DNA from: Trichosphaerium sp. ATCC 40318
Lineage: Eukaryota; Protista; Tubulinea
Length of the DNA: 36,957 bases
NCBI GenBank assembly: GCA_038496445.1
Contig: JALMLS010000041.1
Coordinates: forward strand, 1-36,957
Direction: 5' to 3'
Shown: positions 1 through 12,439 of the stretch, piece by piece
Position numbering within the stretch: position 1 is the stretch's first letter
How the letters are laid out: every line of letters starts with the position of its first letter
The notes under the pieces: model-generated
Databases searched by the model: none
Told to the model about the DNA's origin: nothing
What the model saw: the letters and a program-made list of their open reading frames with translations, nothing else
Translations under genes and position numbers: made by a program

Positions 1-241
1 AACTCGTTGTGCATTACTGAAAACTTACTTTCGATAAATAGCAAAATTAAAATGCATTTGAAAACATTTTCTTGGTTTATTCTTCTCGCTTTTACGGTGA
101 GACAAAAAGGCACAAATTACATCCTTATTACTGTCCTAAATTACATCCTCACAACATTTGAGACTTTTTTGAAATACAGCGACTGAGGTTAGGAGCAGCA
201 AAAAATTTACGTCCTAGGATATGCCTACAATAGTATAGTCT

Positions 242-1642
242 CATAAATGAACGTAACTTCCTACATACTCTAGCTAAATCACCGTTCTTTATTGTATCTG
301 TAAAAGTAGTACTTACATACGCGCTATGGTTTCCATCCCTTCTTTAGTACCATTGAGTGCTTTGATACATTCTTTGGTTATTGAAGTGTGATAAAGGTAA
401 ATAGTATGAGCTCCAGCAAGTACTTTAACACCTTCATCAGTTACTGAAGTGTTACTAAGGTCAATAGTATGGACTCCAGCAAGTGCTTTAACGCCTTTAT
501 CAGTTACTGAAGTGCCATCGAGGGTAATATAATGGACTCCAGCAAGTGCTTTAACGCCTTCACCAGTTACTTTAGTGTTACTAAGGTAAATAGTATGGAC
601 TCCAGCAAGTGCTTTAATACCTTCATCAGTTACTTTAGTGTTACTAAGGTCAATAGTATGGACTCCAGCAAGTGCTTTAACGCCTTCATCAGTTACTTTA
701 GTGTTATGAAGGTCAATAGTATGGACTCCAACAAGTGCTTTAATACCTTCATCAGTTACTTTAGTGTTACGAAGGCCAATAGTATGGACTCCAGCAAGTA
801 CTTTAACACCTTCATCAGTTACTGAAGTATTGTAAAGGTCAATAGTATGGGTGCCAGTAAGTGCTTTAACGCCTTTGTCAGTTACTGAGGTGTTACTTAG
901 GTCAATAGTATGGACTCCAGCAAGTGCTACAACGCCTTCATCAGTTACGTAAGAACGATCAAGCTCAATAGTATGAACTCCTGCAAACTGCTTGACAATG
1001 CTGTTATCAACACGCCATCCAAGGCAGATTCTTGTGTATTTCAGAATACCAACATGTTTTACAGCTGATTTTGCTTGAGTTAACGTTTTTATCATAATAG
1101 CATGGTATCCAATAACATCATGAACAATAGAAGCAAGTAAACGACAGGTTTGACAAGCCGCAAAGCGTGATTTTGTTGTTTGACGCAAGATGTGTGCTAA
1201 TATCTCTGGTAGGTGTAGCAAACTTGTGCCGGTCGTACTGTTAATTATAGAACTCTTTGAGGTAGAAAGCATAATATCAACGTCTTTGTTTAATGTGGAA
1301 GCCTAACAATTTAACACGTGTTTTATCGATGACCTAAAGTAGAGGTCTTACTTTTCGCTTGATAACTGGCTAAGTCGCATAAAACTGTTTAAGGCGATAG
1401 TCACTCTAGCTTAAAGGACCTGAAAACGTTTATTATATTAATAACATCATTTAGCACGTGCTCCAAACACCAAAAACTTATACTACTACTTCCCAAAAAA
1501 TAAGACGGCAATTTCAAGGCAAATCTATTTGTTAACGTGTGTCATGACATTAGATGATAAATGCTTTTGGCTGTAATATTTCTACAACCATGTAGATAAA
1601 TGTTATGAACACCACCAAGTGATTCGATAGCCTCACCTGTGA
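242..1642. repeat. Segmental duplication, copy A (paralogous to 12440-14360)
   Basis: Near-identical flanks start at cataaatgaacgtaact (242/12440) and end at cctcacctg(t/c)ga (1642/14360). The segment includes the LRR gene, its upstream region and part of an LRR relic. Confidence 0.9.
313..1272 (-). CDS. F-box-like + 21-aa leucine-rich repeat protein, copy A (10 repeats, intronless)
   Basis: N-terminal LLHLPEILAHIL...ACQTCRLL resembles an F-box. It is followed by tandem 63-bp repeats of consensus VHTIDLSNTKVTDEGVKALAG. Confidence 0.9.
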   Translation of the reverse strand: MLSTSKSSIINSTTGTSLLHLPEILAHILRQTTKSRFAACQTCRLLASIVHDVIGYHAIMIKTLTQAKSAVKHVGILKYTRICLGWRVDNSIVKQFAGVHTIELDRSYVTDEGVVALAGVHTIDLSNTSVTDKGVKALTGTHTIDLYNTSVTDEGVKVLAGVHTIGLRNTKVTDEGIKALVGVHTIDLHNTKVTDEGVKALAGVHTIDLSNTKVTDEGIKALAGVHTIYLSNTKVTGEGVKALAGVHYITLDGTSVTDKGVKALAGVHTIDLSNTSVTDEGVKVLAGAHTIYLYHTSITKECIKALNGTKEGMETIARM

Positions 1643-1800
1643 TACCATTCCAATGACTTAGATCAATAGTATGGCATTGTGAAAGCACTTTGACATTCTC
1701 ATCTGTAACACCAGTAAACTTTGCAAGGTTAATAGAATAGACACTAGCAAGTGATTTGATATCGCTGTAACATTGTCACATGAATAAGATCAATTGTGTA
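1542..1800 (-). pseudogene. 5'-truncated LRR gene fragment
   Basis: Manual translation DIKSLASVYSINLAKFTGVTDENVKVLSQCHTIDLSHWNGITGEAIESLGGVHNIYLHGCRNITAKSIYHLMS*. It is frameshifted upstream, has no start, and abuts a dispersed repeat at ~1814. Confidence 0.75.
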
Positions 1801-1813
1801 TCTCTTGAGAATC

Positions 1814-1922
1814 TGCTAATCTTTGCAACTTTTTGCTGTTTGTGACTTTTGGTTTTCGTGTTTAGTCAGATCTGACAGATCTTGCAACTTCTGTTAGTTC
1901 TTACAAGATCTTGTTAGTTCTT
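1814..1922. repeat. Dispersed AGATCT-rich repeat (relatives at 11641-11710, 14683-14795, and inverted at 16241-16335)
   Basis: 1814-1866 matches 11641-11693 with one mismatch. GTCAGATCTGAC and TGACACTTCTG motifs are shared with 14755-14795 and the reverse complement of 16241-16280. Confidence 0.65.
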
Positions 1923-3114
1923 GGTTGGATTGTAAGCGCCAATCGGTGTTTTTAATGGAAAATATGGTTTTAGGTTTGTAAACGGTTTAGAGCCGTCAAT
2001 CAACGTGCTTACATTCACATCAAATTTATTCTCTGTTCAAACATGAAATGGTTGTTAGTACTGTTATAAATGGTAGCAAGTACTATCTTTGTAATCGAAA
2101 AGAATGTGTTCTTTTTTGTATTTTTGGTTGTTCAGGCTGAGTTCAGCTTGGATTTTGACTCATTTTTCTACAGGTTGTAGTTAGTTTTCATGGCCAACGA
2201 CAACAAACAAAGCCTTACTTTAATAGCCAGCATACTACCTTTCAAGAAAATCATTTATTTTAACTATAACGGTATGTTTGATGTACACGTACTTAAATTG
2301 GTTGCAATGGACAACGATGTTGTTGGGGAAGAAAACTGTCTTGGATAGTATGTAGCCCTTACCCTTTTTCTCATCTTTTTAACCAAACCCTTGTTGATAT
2401 TTGCATCTCATAACTAATCTTTGAAGTGAAATTAACCTTCTACATTGCTTTGTAAACAGAGAAATATTGCAGTTTTTGAAAATAAAAAAACATTTTTTTT
2501 CCTTTTCCTTTTTGCTAATTTCGGGCATTCTTTTTGGATAGTAGTTGCTCTAAAAGGATTGAATACATACTAAATTAAATGATTAGGTGTTATGTTGATT
2601 TAAAAGAGTTTATTGTGGGAGTAAACATCCAGACTAGGAACTCGAAAATGTTAAAAGTGGTTGTATCCATTTAATGTTGAGTTTGATCCTCTGGAAGACT
2701 CCTTTTTTACTTTCTCACAGTACAGGCATGATAATTATGTTAATAATAAAGAAAAACAAAGAACCGCTTTACCGACTCATGTTTGTATCTAGCTCGCTAG
2801 ATAGTGTTCTTGCATGATTGTAAAGCTACCTGTATCCGATGGTTTACTATTTGGTTACGAATATTCGTCACGTGACACTGTACTTTTTCTAACCTTCCTT
2901 TGTGGTAGAGTTACAGATGTCACAACGCATCTGTAAACATGGGAAGGTTGGAACAGGAAAGATATAAACTAAAACTATTCAAACCAGTCTCGGGAACTGG
3001 CTAGATTTTTACGTGGTTGAATGGCGCTAACAATATGCGAGCCGAGTCCGTCGAGCAAACTTCGTTGACCATTTTGTAGCTTCTACTTTCAGTATTACAA
3101 ACATTACACGTTTT

Positions 3115-3471
3115 ATGGCGGAGCCACAAACTTCATCGGTTAATTTACAATATGTTAACCGTTTGGCCACTGGTTACAACCATTCAATGGTAATCGCAGA
3201 CGATGGCTTTGTTTACACAAGTTGGCATGAGAATGGAAACCTGGAAAGGCAGTGTTACTACATAGGCGGTTGCCTTGAAGGAGAAGATAGGAGATGGCAC
3301 AGTAATGGTAATTTATGGACGCGTGATCATTACGTGAATGATGAAAAAGAAGGCAAGAGCAAGGCTTGGTATAAGAATGGGCAGTTACATTACCTTGAAA
3401 ACTATGTTAATGGTAGAAGGATTACAACAGAGTTAGAAAAAGAAAGGCACATTAAGGAAACAATAAAATAG
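3115..3471 (+). CDS. Chimeric protein: RCC1-gene N-terminus fused to MORN-variant (YwqK/MORN_2-like) repeats
   Basis: The first 35 aa are near-identical to the start of the 27734 RCC1 gene. The rest has three W(H/Y)xNG(N/Q)L...Y..G/D...G repeats. Confidence 0.8.
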   Translation: MAEPQTSSVNLQYVNRLATGYNHSMVIADDGFVYTSWHENGNLERQCYYIGGCLEGEDRRWHSNGNLWTRDHYVNDEKEGKSKAWYKNGQLHYLENYVNGRRITTELEKERHIKETIK

Positions 3472-4046
3472 TATTCACGGTGTTATAAAATGGCAAGTGG
3501 CAAGTACAGTGGTATGACTGTGAGAACGCAAATAATGGCCCAAATTTTGAACGTAATAGTGAATCATGCACCTAAATAGAAATGTTGTATTCGAGCAAAC
3601 TTTACCATTGTCTACGTTAATAAAAATGTAAGAACATTACTTTTCATTCATCTGGGTTATAGTACAGTATACTGAATCACTGGCGTATCCTTCCTTGTAA
3701 CTCAGATAATCATCAAAGGATTTTTCACACGTACATAATTGGTTGTATAATTTAAACGCTCAAGGAGGGCTCACCCGAAATCCCAGTCGTGTTCACGTTT
3801 TGACACGAGAAGGGTATCGACTGATAAGAAAGGCAAAACTGTATTTTGATTTTACGGTAAAATATTGCAGTTTTAGAAGCGAAAACAGTGCAACAGGAAG
3901 AACACGTGTTTACCAACTGAAACGTCACCAAACAAAATCTAAAGTTACAATGTGTTATTATTGGGATTGTACGTTCTATATTTCGATATGCTGTTCTGGA
4001 ACGGTATTTTTGGAATAGTATTTATTTTTGTCTAACAATCTCCTTT

Positions 4047-5910
4047 CTAAGCGGTTTCATAAGTGTCTTTACGCTTTATCCTTTTGAGTATACAAGCAAG
4101 AACTGTAATAGCAAATCCTAATGTATCATATTAGCACTAAATATTCGGGAGGAAAGGCGAACAGTGAGTACCAATAATAGGCAAGATACCAAGAACAATA
4201 TTAACAATGAGTTCTGTGTTCTTTTTTTTAGCTGGATTATTACATCCTGTATTACCATAGATGCCATATTCTACTTCTTTTGGGGCTTCACATAGTTTAC
4301 AAGATATACTACCAATATTCTCAGTGTATTTCTTACCACTACAAGCGCTACATCCTTCTATTTTAGTCCTGCAACAGAATTAGTTGTGCTACTGATTTTG
4401 TTTAACTACCAGATTTGGCCTGAGTGGCAGTTACACACATCCTCGCCTTGTGGATTCTTTACTAGACCTGGATCACACCTCCAACACGTGAAAAGATCGT
4501 GTACATGGCTGTATTTGTATTCAGGACAGGACACTTAACAAAAAATATCAGAGAAATCAATGAGAACAGGTAACTTACAAGCACAACCGAATGTGTTGCC
4601 TGAAATTTTAAGTTGTGTCACCGTATCAATAAGTAGAATATCTCTCCTCTTGATCTAAGAATAAAGAGTTAAAGAAGGCTTTGGGTTTATTGATAGATAA
4701 CGTACACAATCGAAATGGTTGTTTGTGATCGATACACTTCCTTGCTTATAAGTAGAAGAATCCAAATTCACAAATGTGTTGTTTCCATAGAATTTATTGG
4801 AATCAATGGTCAGTAACGGGCTTGATAATGTTATACAGCCTCTGGTATACTGTCGAGAGCACGCGTTTACTTTGTTGTTTATGAATTTTAAAGAAGTTCC
4901 ATAAAAGTCATAACTTCCAGTGTCTTCAAACACGTTACCATCCAAAATGACATGGTATGAATCTATATATTGGATTTAGTAGACGTTAGAGAAATGTGTT
5001 TTCTCTGCCTGAAATGTATTGGTCAGATCTTGAAAATGTTGACGCTGTTACACTAAGGGTTGATGAAGGCTTTGCATAGGTTGTAAATAAACTGAGTCGT
5101 TGTTGGATTGTACAATTAAAGAGTTTGAGGTTGAAAAGATTGTTTCTTCCCGATATTATAAATATGTCACCTACACGTGATGAGTATACGTACAGAAAAA
5201 TAGAATAGTATTAGACGTAGCAAACATAGCTAAATAATCGATCTATAAGCGACAGTGATATGTCAAACAACAGAATTGACCCGGATTGTCGACAACAAAA
5301 AAACAAAATAACAAAAAGTAATCACGCACTTTTGAAGAGAGTTACTAACGTGGAATGAGAAACTGTCAAATTAAGACTCGATTCATTGTTTAAAGATTTT
5401 GCCCATAAATTAATATCTTGGAATCCTTCAACCATCAGAGACGTTTCGTTGTACAAAAACTAAAGAAAAAACATTTAGCAATTTGCTTTCACAGAGTTGT
5501 TTATGTACATACCTGGATGGTATCGTATACCTTTTCTCCTGATCCAGTCCAATCCATGTACCGAATTACCACTGTACCTTTAAAAGCCAACAAGACATGC
5601 TTGCTCGTGTTCGAGGGAACGTACACTCCGCCTGTTTTCGTTGTTACAAGCTCAGTTTAAACTATCGTATACCTGCAACGCATATAGTACAGACCGTAGA
5701 AGAGCATAGAGATGTCCTATTTAATGCTTGGTGTATAGATCCGAAAGGAGACGACATAGACCCAGTCTTAATCTCTTGTTAGGTTATAAAATACAATGTT
5801 TAATGGCAGCGTACGTTGTTAGTATTGTAGTTTGGGGCAACATAGATATCACACGAAGCTACGACACGACCGAAAATAAGTATAGATAGTATAACTACGA
5901 GCAGGTGCAT
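4047..5910 (-). CDS. Multi-exon type I membrane protein (signal peptide, probable beta-helix region, CxxC cysteine-rich repeats, TM, short basic tail)
   Basis: Manually spliced. Starts MHLLVVILSILIFGRVVASCDIYVAP, then GSMSSPFGSIHQAL, Asn-rich LDGNVF/INNKV/IDSNKF/ITNNHF strands (ORF 4655-4945), CWRCDPG/CSACSG/CKLCE, and ends LIVNIVLGILPIIGFAITVLACILKRIKRKDTYETA*. Some internal splice sites are tentative. Confidence 0.75.
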
Positions 5911-7119
5911 TGATAGTGATATGCGTTGGGTAATGTTCAGTGTAACAGTGAACATAAAAATTGTAAAAATAAAAAAAACCCATCAGTCACGTGACGAATT
6001 GTTTTACAATAAAGGTGCGTTTAAAAAATCATCTATTTGGGTAGTTCAAATAATCATTTTAACGCACTTCATAGTACGGGTACACTTGTATTAGTACAAC
6101 GTTTTAAGAGTATGCATAACCTACTGGACACACACAGATAAAAATTGCCAATTTTCGGTGATAATTGCAACTTGCAAGTTACGCGAACAATTTATTGAAC
6201 CCAAAGGTAAAAACTGAGGTAACCACATAACAAGGTTTGTTAATTAAATCGGTATTACAATATGCTGCTCATGTATGTTTGGCTAAACAGACAGTGATTG
6301 TGTAGTACTCTTTACACCAAATACGTGGACAAATGCTATCTGTATGTGAACTATCACGTGCTTTTCAGCGTCCTTCAGTTTGGCTTCAATTGAGTCATTT
6401 GTCCTTTTTTAAAATGTATTCCGTAGGTGCAAATACGGCGTGTACACTCTTTATTACGCGTCTACAGTATCAGTGGGTTTTTGTACAATCCGGGGAAATA
6501 TTAAAAATACTATAACAGCAAGCGTTATAAAACGTTTCTTTACGCGTAAAAAAGCGTATTGGGAGGATAGAAAAAATGGTTTACATCGAACATTTCCTTC
6601 TTAAGCAACCACGACGATACTCGTTTGTAGAGTGTATTGGACTATTACTTTTGTCATTATGTCCACCGCCAAGACGAAAGAATGTCGTATATGAATACTT
6701 CATATACGTCATTCGTTTTTCAGATAACGAAGTTCCTAAATGTAATAAATTTAATAAATACAGAATTCTCCTTACCTCGTACCTGCAACAACTCGTCCTA
6801 TAACCCTAGCTAAGTTATACGACAAGAACAACTACAAAAGCAAAAAATACGAAGGACATGTGACTGGCAAAGCATGTAAAATGAAAACAGAGTGAACACA
6901 GCTTTTCGTAGACAAAATAGTCTCTGGGTCACGTGATTAGTTAATTTAGGTATTCTTGTTAAAAGATGAGCCGCACGGTAGTAATTCTATACGTAGTGTC
7001 CCAGCAGCGTTTGGAGTAAGTATAATGCTTTTCCCTTCTAGGAGGACGTTGTAAGGTTCGCTTTTAGCCATTTTCGAATGGAAAAAAGAGATTCTTTTTT
7101 TTTTTGACAATAAAACAGC

Positions 7120-7540
7120 CATAGCTAAAGATGATATAAAAGAAGACAAAGACAAGTACTTATCAAAAGCTGTGATTGATACCAATCGTGATTACACCAA
7201 GTTTGGAGATGCTCCTGAGCATCTTGATATGATTCAAGATGCCTTTGAAGCCTTTAAAATACACCAAAATCAAGAAGAATACATAAATGAAATCATGTTT
7301 ATTTAGTCAAATTTCCATCCACCTCAAGAGAATCAATCAATTGGTACCGCCATGTTTGATTGGAAGTCAACATTGATGAGGTTGGGTATTTCATTTGCAA
7401 GAGCACAGGAACTTGGATCATTAATGGATGAAGCAGGTATTGAACGTGGTGATGTCACCTCAGATGTGCTAAAAGAGCTTGATTTCAGTCCAATTGAGCG
7501 TATCAAGGTCATCAAAGCAAAACGCAAGAATGCTCTATAG
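7120..7540 (+). pseudogene. Truncated paralog of the RCC1-linker-SAM-like family (linker + SAM-like part only)
   Basis: Reads ...RDYTKFGDAPEHLDMIQDAFE..., then an in-frame TAG (an orphan TTTAG acceptor), then ORF 7352-7540 WKSTLMRLGISFARAQELGSLM...VLKELDFSPIERIKVIKAKRK. Homologous to 17046-17261 and 28200-28430. Confidence 0.75.
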
Positions 7541-9013
7541 TATCTGCACCACAAAGGATAAGAACTCACCGATGTAACAGTTGGTTCACAACACTGTAGA
7601 TGTCTACAATAAATACTAGCTTTACTAGAAAAACAACAAACGGAGATTGTTTATTATTTATGCTCAGTGTTTTTACAATATTAGAATGTTACATCTTTAC
7701 CAGGTACACCGCTGCACATTGAAATATCGTCAATGGATCCTTTATTGAAGCTGAATTCAGCGGTACTATATCTATAGGAAAACCAAGGAGTTAAAAGCAA
7801 GTCAAAGAAACAGAAGCTATTTTTGCAAGTTTTTTTTCAATTTTCATTTCTAAACGTACCTTTCACACTGTTTGAATGCGGATGGTTAATAGGCGATATA
7901 GATCCTTACTTGGCGACTATCACTTCCTTTAAAGTTTGTTTTTGGGCCAAGACAATTATCAGTCATTTGCAATAGGTTCTTTGTGAGTGCCCTTTATGTA
8001 AATTTAATCATGTGTTAAAAAAAAAAAAGTAGCAAAAAGAACATGTTTCGTCGTTTGTATCTACAGGTACTTACGCAATTGAATTGATTGTGATATACGA
8101 CAAAAGTATTCATTATGACTATTAAAAGGTATTCTAGCTACAATGCCAGCTTTGATATGGTTGAGGTAGTCAGCTGCCAAGCGAATAAAGCCTCCGTTTG
8201 CGTGATTTGCTGTATTGTTGGGAAAAAAAATAGCTACACTTGTACAAGTGATACGGAAGCTTGTTATTTTGAAGGTGATACTGCAAGCGCAACACTAGGT
8301 GCAGTGGTTGGTATTGTGCTTCGTGTGGTTGTTGTGGTGCTTAGATGGGAGAGGTGACGCCTGGAATTCGTGAGAATTTCTCCAACTACAAAGGCTCAAC
8401 AAATGGTATTTCCTACTTTACTTTATAGAGCTAACTTTATTTATGGAGGCAACTACAATAGTACCTTCAAGTGCTTCATCAACTGTTGAGGTACCCTGTA
8501 CAGATATATCTACACTGATGCATGGCTTCAACCAAATAACTACACCAAAGACGCCTACTGCATCCAACAGAAGCTCCAAGGCTTTTACAAGGCACTATTA
8601 TAACTACTAAAAAAGCAATTTTGACATGCTAATTAAGATGATGCCGAAGATGGGTACCAAATATGGAAAGTGTGTAAGACGTGTAACATTGTCCGAAAAT
8701 AACCTACGGCGAACACAAAAAAAACACTGCTAATGCTGCTCAAATTTGTTTAAGATTGTGTACGAAAATAGGAGCTGTGGACCAGTTAACATAGTTCCCT
8801 TGGGTGTGTAGAGCAGGTTTAGACAAGTTTTTGACCAATTACTAAGACTGGCGACTATTCAGTGCAGAGATATTTATAGAAACAGACATAAAAATGCCGA
8901 AGAAAAGACCACTCATGACAGTACTAATGTAAACATACTGCCATATAAAAACAACTATGGTCAAATATAGTACGACATAAAAGTTCAAACAAAAAAACCT
9001 ATTCACACGTGAC

Positions 9014-10140
9014 ATGACAATTTCTACAGCTTGGATTTTAGTAGCGGTAGTACTCCCTATCATCGCAGAGCCTCTACAAATGCATTTCTTTTCAGATGAA
9101 TTAGTGACACCAGGAGGAATGGCTGCTACATCGTACATAACATTGTAACCGTCACGCTCAGTTTCTTACTGGTTTAAAGATACGCTTGGCCCGCAAATGA
9201 AACCGGATATGACAACATCAATTACCTTGTTAATGTACAGCACGATCCTGGGAAAGATTCTGGTACGCAAAAGATACCAACATACCGCCTCGTACTAATA
9301 ACGTTAAACTTAGATTATTTTTGGGCCAGCCAGTTTTGGTGCGTTGAAGACGCCTCTCAGCGCCTTTTTTGGCGTTCTTAAAGTAGAAGTAAACTCATGA
9401 GTTATTTAGGATGCTAAACGGAAACGGCGGTTATATGGGTATCCAAACTCAAGGGAGCATGAACGGCAAAGATGTACGCCAAAATCTGTTTTCGACTTTA
9501 ATCACGTGCTAATAAATGTTATGTGAAGATTGGGAAAATGGCTTTATTTTCTATTTGGGACTCTTTGGGTGCTACTTCAGGACAAGGAAGTGAATGTCAA
9601 AATTTTGGAGGCGAAGGCGTAGGTTGGAGTTGTAGAAGAGAACTCGAATGGTATGAAACAGTAGTCTCTGTTTGATTCCTTTTTTATTCTCCTAGGGTTG
9701 TAAACACGACGTACACATTGTACATTAAACAAAACGGACCTTCAAAATGGTTAGGAGGTGTACTTGATAGCCAAGGTACACTATAACGTCAGGTTGCGAT
9801 ATTACTGATTCTTGAAGGTAACAACATGGTTCTTGGTTCTATCACTGTACCTTCATCTTGGGGAAGACTAAAAACGACAACTAATGTATTTACGGAGTAC
9901 TTTTTATCTATATCTAGTTGCAACGCTGTGCCTTTAGCACATGTGATGTTTCCTAAGCCAAGCGCGAATGGTACTTCCAATTGAAAAAGAAACCACACAA
10001 CTTTTCTTATTGTCTTTGCTTCAGAAGGTACAGTGCATCCAATCAGTGCCTATCCTCATCCATACGGTAACTGTGCGTCATATGCTAAGGCTTATTGTTC
10101 TTCAAATTTGGTTTGTCAGCATCTAACAGGTATACAATAA
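9014..10140 (+). CDS. Secreted DUF3472-like protein, about 7 introns
   Basis: Manual splicing gives signal peptide MTISTAWILVAVVLPIIA and the motifs DYFWASQFW, GGYMGIQTQG, MALFSIWD, CQNFGGEGVGWSC, LGSITVP, FTEYF, ending in TAA at 10138-10140. All introns are GT-AG and keep frame. Confidence 0.75.
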
Positions 10141-11167
10141 ACGATAACAATGGAATTCCACCTTCATCTTGTTTTTTGTTTCAGCTTTAATAGCATGTAA
10201 AGTACACAGCAATGAACCATCCTCACTACTCACACATACAAGAAATGTTTTATAATTCATCTGTTTTAGGTAAGAGAATCCGACAAGACGGCTTATCACC
10301 AGACACTTAAGCATGAAGAGGAATGACCAGATATGAAAACTCGTAATAAATTACAGATTTCTCTTTACCTTTCCTACGTTACAACACGTCCTGAGTCTCC
10401 ACAAGACATCACTATGTCAATTTGTTTAAAACAGATTTCAGTGAAATGTCAACTTAAGATACAAACGTACAAGCTAAAAGGTAAACAAACGCAACCTCTC
10501 ACATCAATTACTATGAGACCATTGTAATATTATCGTCTTCGGACATGTAGGAGTTGGAAAATCAGTAACTACAATACAATTCGTTTAAGGAGTATTTCTA
10601 GACAATTACGACCCAATCATAGAAGATTCGTAAGCACAAGAGCGTTTTTAATGTTAAAATGATAGAAAAGAGCTTAAACAATCGCTCGCCAAGCCAATAC
10701 AGATGAAGTGATTATCTAGAAACATTTTTTGTCACACTTCGTGTCGAAATATGTTGGCATAAGAATATCAAGAACTACCTTTTCATCATTTGAAACTTTT
10801 CTTAATTTATTCCGTTTTTCCACAGTTTCTGTTCAAATGTTAGATCCCTATCGTCCATTGGCTCCTACAAACAACAAACAGCACCTGATTGGATGAGAAC
10901 CTATCTTCAATTGGCTTGACCGCTTGGTCATGAAGCCTGAGACCCTTGTTATAGTAAAAGTCACAATAAAACAACACTGAAAAACAAATCACCGAAAACC
11001 TAATTTAGAAGTTGACTGCACGTGTTACATAAATTGAATTGGCAAGAAGAAATTTCCAAAGCCGTGGCTTTTGCTGTACTTAATTTTGATAAAAGTACGT
11101 AATCGCTCGAAAAAAGTAAAACATAGTCAAATAAACCAACAATTGTTTCTGCAAAACATTGACAACA

Positions 11168-11528
11168 TAACGCCCTTCCGTTATGAATACAAGCAATATT
11201 CATATTCATTGTCCCATAAGTCACATTCATTAATATTCATTCATGAATATTCATGGGCGTTTGGTGTGTCAGGATGTCCAGGAGCTTTTGGTTTGTAGCA
11301 CCTAGCGATGTTCCAAATGGATAGATTCAACAAGTTGCATTTGAAAACCGAATCGGAATAGTAACAGAACACCAAAACCCACAAATCAGGTAAAAATCAG
11401 CCAGCAAAATGCTCAATTTTCAACCGTTTACTGTGTGCATGAAAAATGAATTTTTTAAGTCGTGAATATTTGTGAATGTAGGGTGTATTTGAATATTCAA
11501 ATTATTCATTCATAACGGAAGGGCGTTA
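11168..11528. mobile_element. hAT-type MITE, 361 bp
   Basis: Perfect 21-bp TIR TAACGCCCTTCCGTTATGAAT fits the hAT (T/C)A(A/G)NG terminus. 8-bp TSD TGACAACA at 11160-11167 and 11529-11536. Subterminal GAATATTC-like repeats. Confidence 0.85.
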
Positions 11529-11704
11529 TGACAACATCTCAACATTACTTCAAACCTTAGCATGAAAAAAAATGGTTAGTGCCGCTTTATTTTGTTTAAA
11601 TTCTCTTCCACAGGCGTCTATTGTCCGTATCGTTCAAATTTGCTAATCTTTGCAACTTTTTGCTGTTTGTGCCTTTTGGTTTTCGTGTTTAGTTCTTGCA
11701 AGAT

Positions 11705-11965
11705 CTTACACTTTGATACTTCTGCCAAACCTGTCGCAAACAAGAATGATACGGACAATAGATATTGTTTTGTATCTGGAAAGAAAGGAACAAAGTTCTT
11801 TGAAGGTGAAGAATATGTACCTAGTAGCATACACTGATTTTAATCAATTAATACTTACCGTTGATCATAGAAGATGAGAGTCTGTTCTTTCATGATGCAC
11901 GAAAGGCTTGGTACAGATGAATTACTAATAGAAGTGCCATCAAGGTACATACTGAGGTAAATAAC
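11705..11965 (-). pseudogene. Possible 3' fragment of another LRR gene (two exons)
   Basis: SMYLDGTSISNSSVPSL resembles a terminal LRR, followed by a GTAAGT...TAG intron and a short final exon. No 5' part was found. Confidence 0.35.
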
Positions 11966-12439
11966 AAGTGTAAGGCTGAGTAACCTATGCTTTAGACAAC
12001 AAACGTTGAATTTAACAAATATTATCTGAAAGTTACCTAAAACTTTCTAATACTTGAAACAGGCTTTGTAGCTGTAGGGAACGGTTTGAATAGATTCTTG
12101 ACTACAATAAAGAATACACAAATAAGAGATTAAACACTGTCACGTGTCACAGTTTAAAAATTAAAGCCCTCTTTCCTTTACTAAGATTTACATCACCTTC
12201 AATGCCATTAGTGTGTACAACACGTGTTCACAAAACAGTTAACAACATTTTCGCAGACGACACATTTTCCACAAAATATGTACCAAAATCCACTCAAGTG
12301 GATTCTTTGTACTCCCAGTTTGGTTTAACACTATTCGAGTATGGACAGCTACTGCAAGCTAATATAGAGAACTGTTCACTTCTGTCAGGCCCGTCGCTTC
12401 ACTCAGGACAAGAAGCCGACCTTCGCTCACAAAATAGAG

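Noticed and set aside
7620-8780. Exon-like and Cys-rich fragments on both strands
   Set aside because: In-frame stops and no coherent gene model; possibly decayed genes, but not supportable.
10141-10960. Possible minus-strand multi-exon gene
   Set aside because: Could not assemble a stop-free spliced frame.
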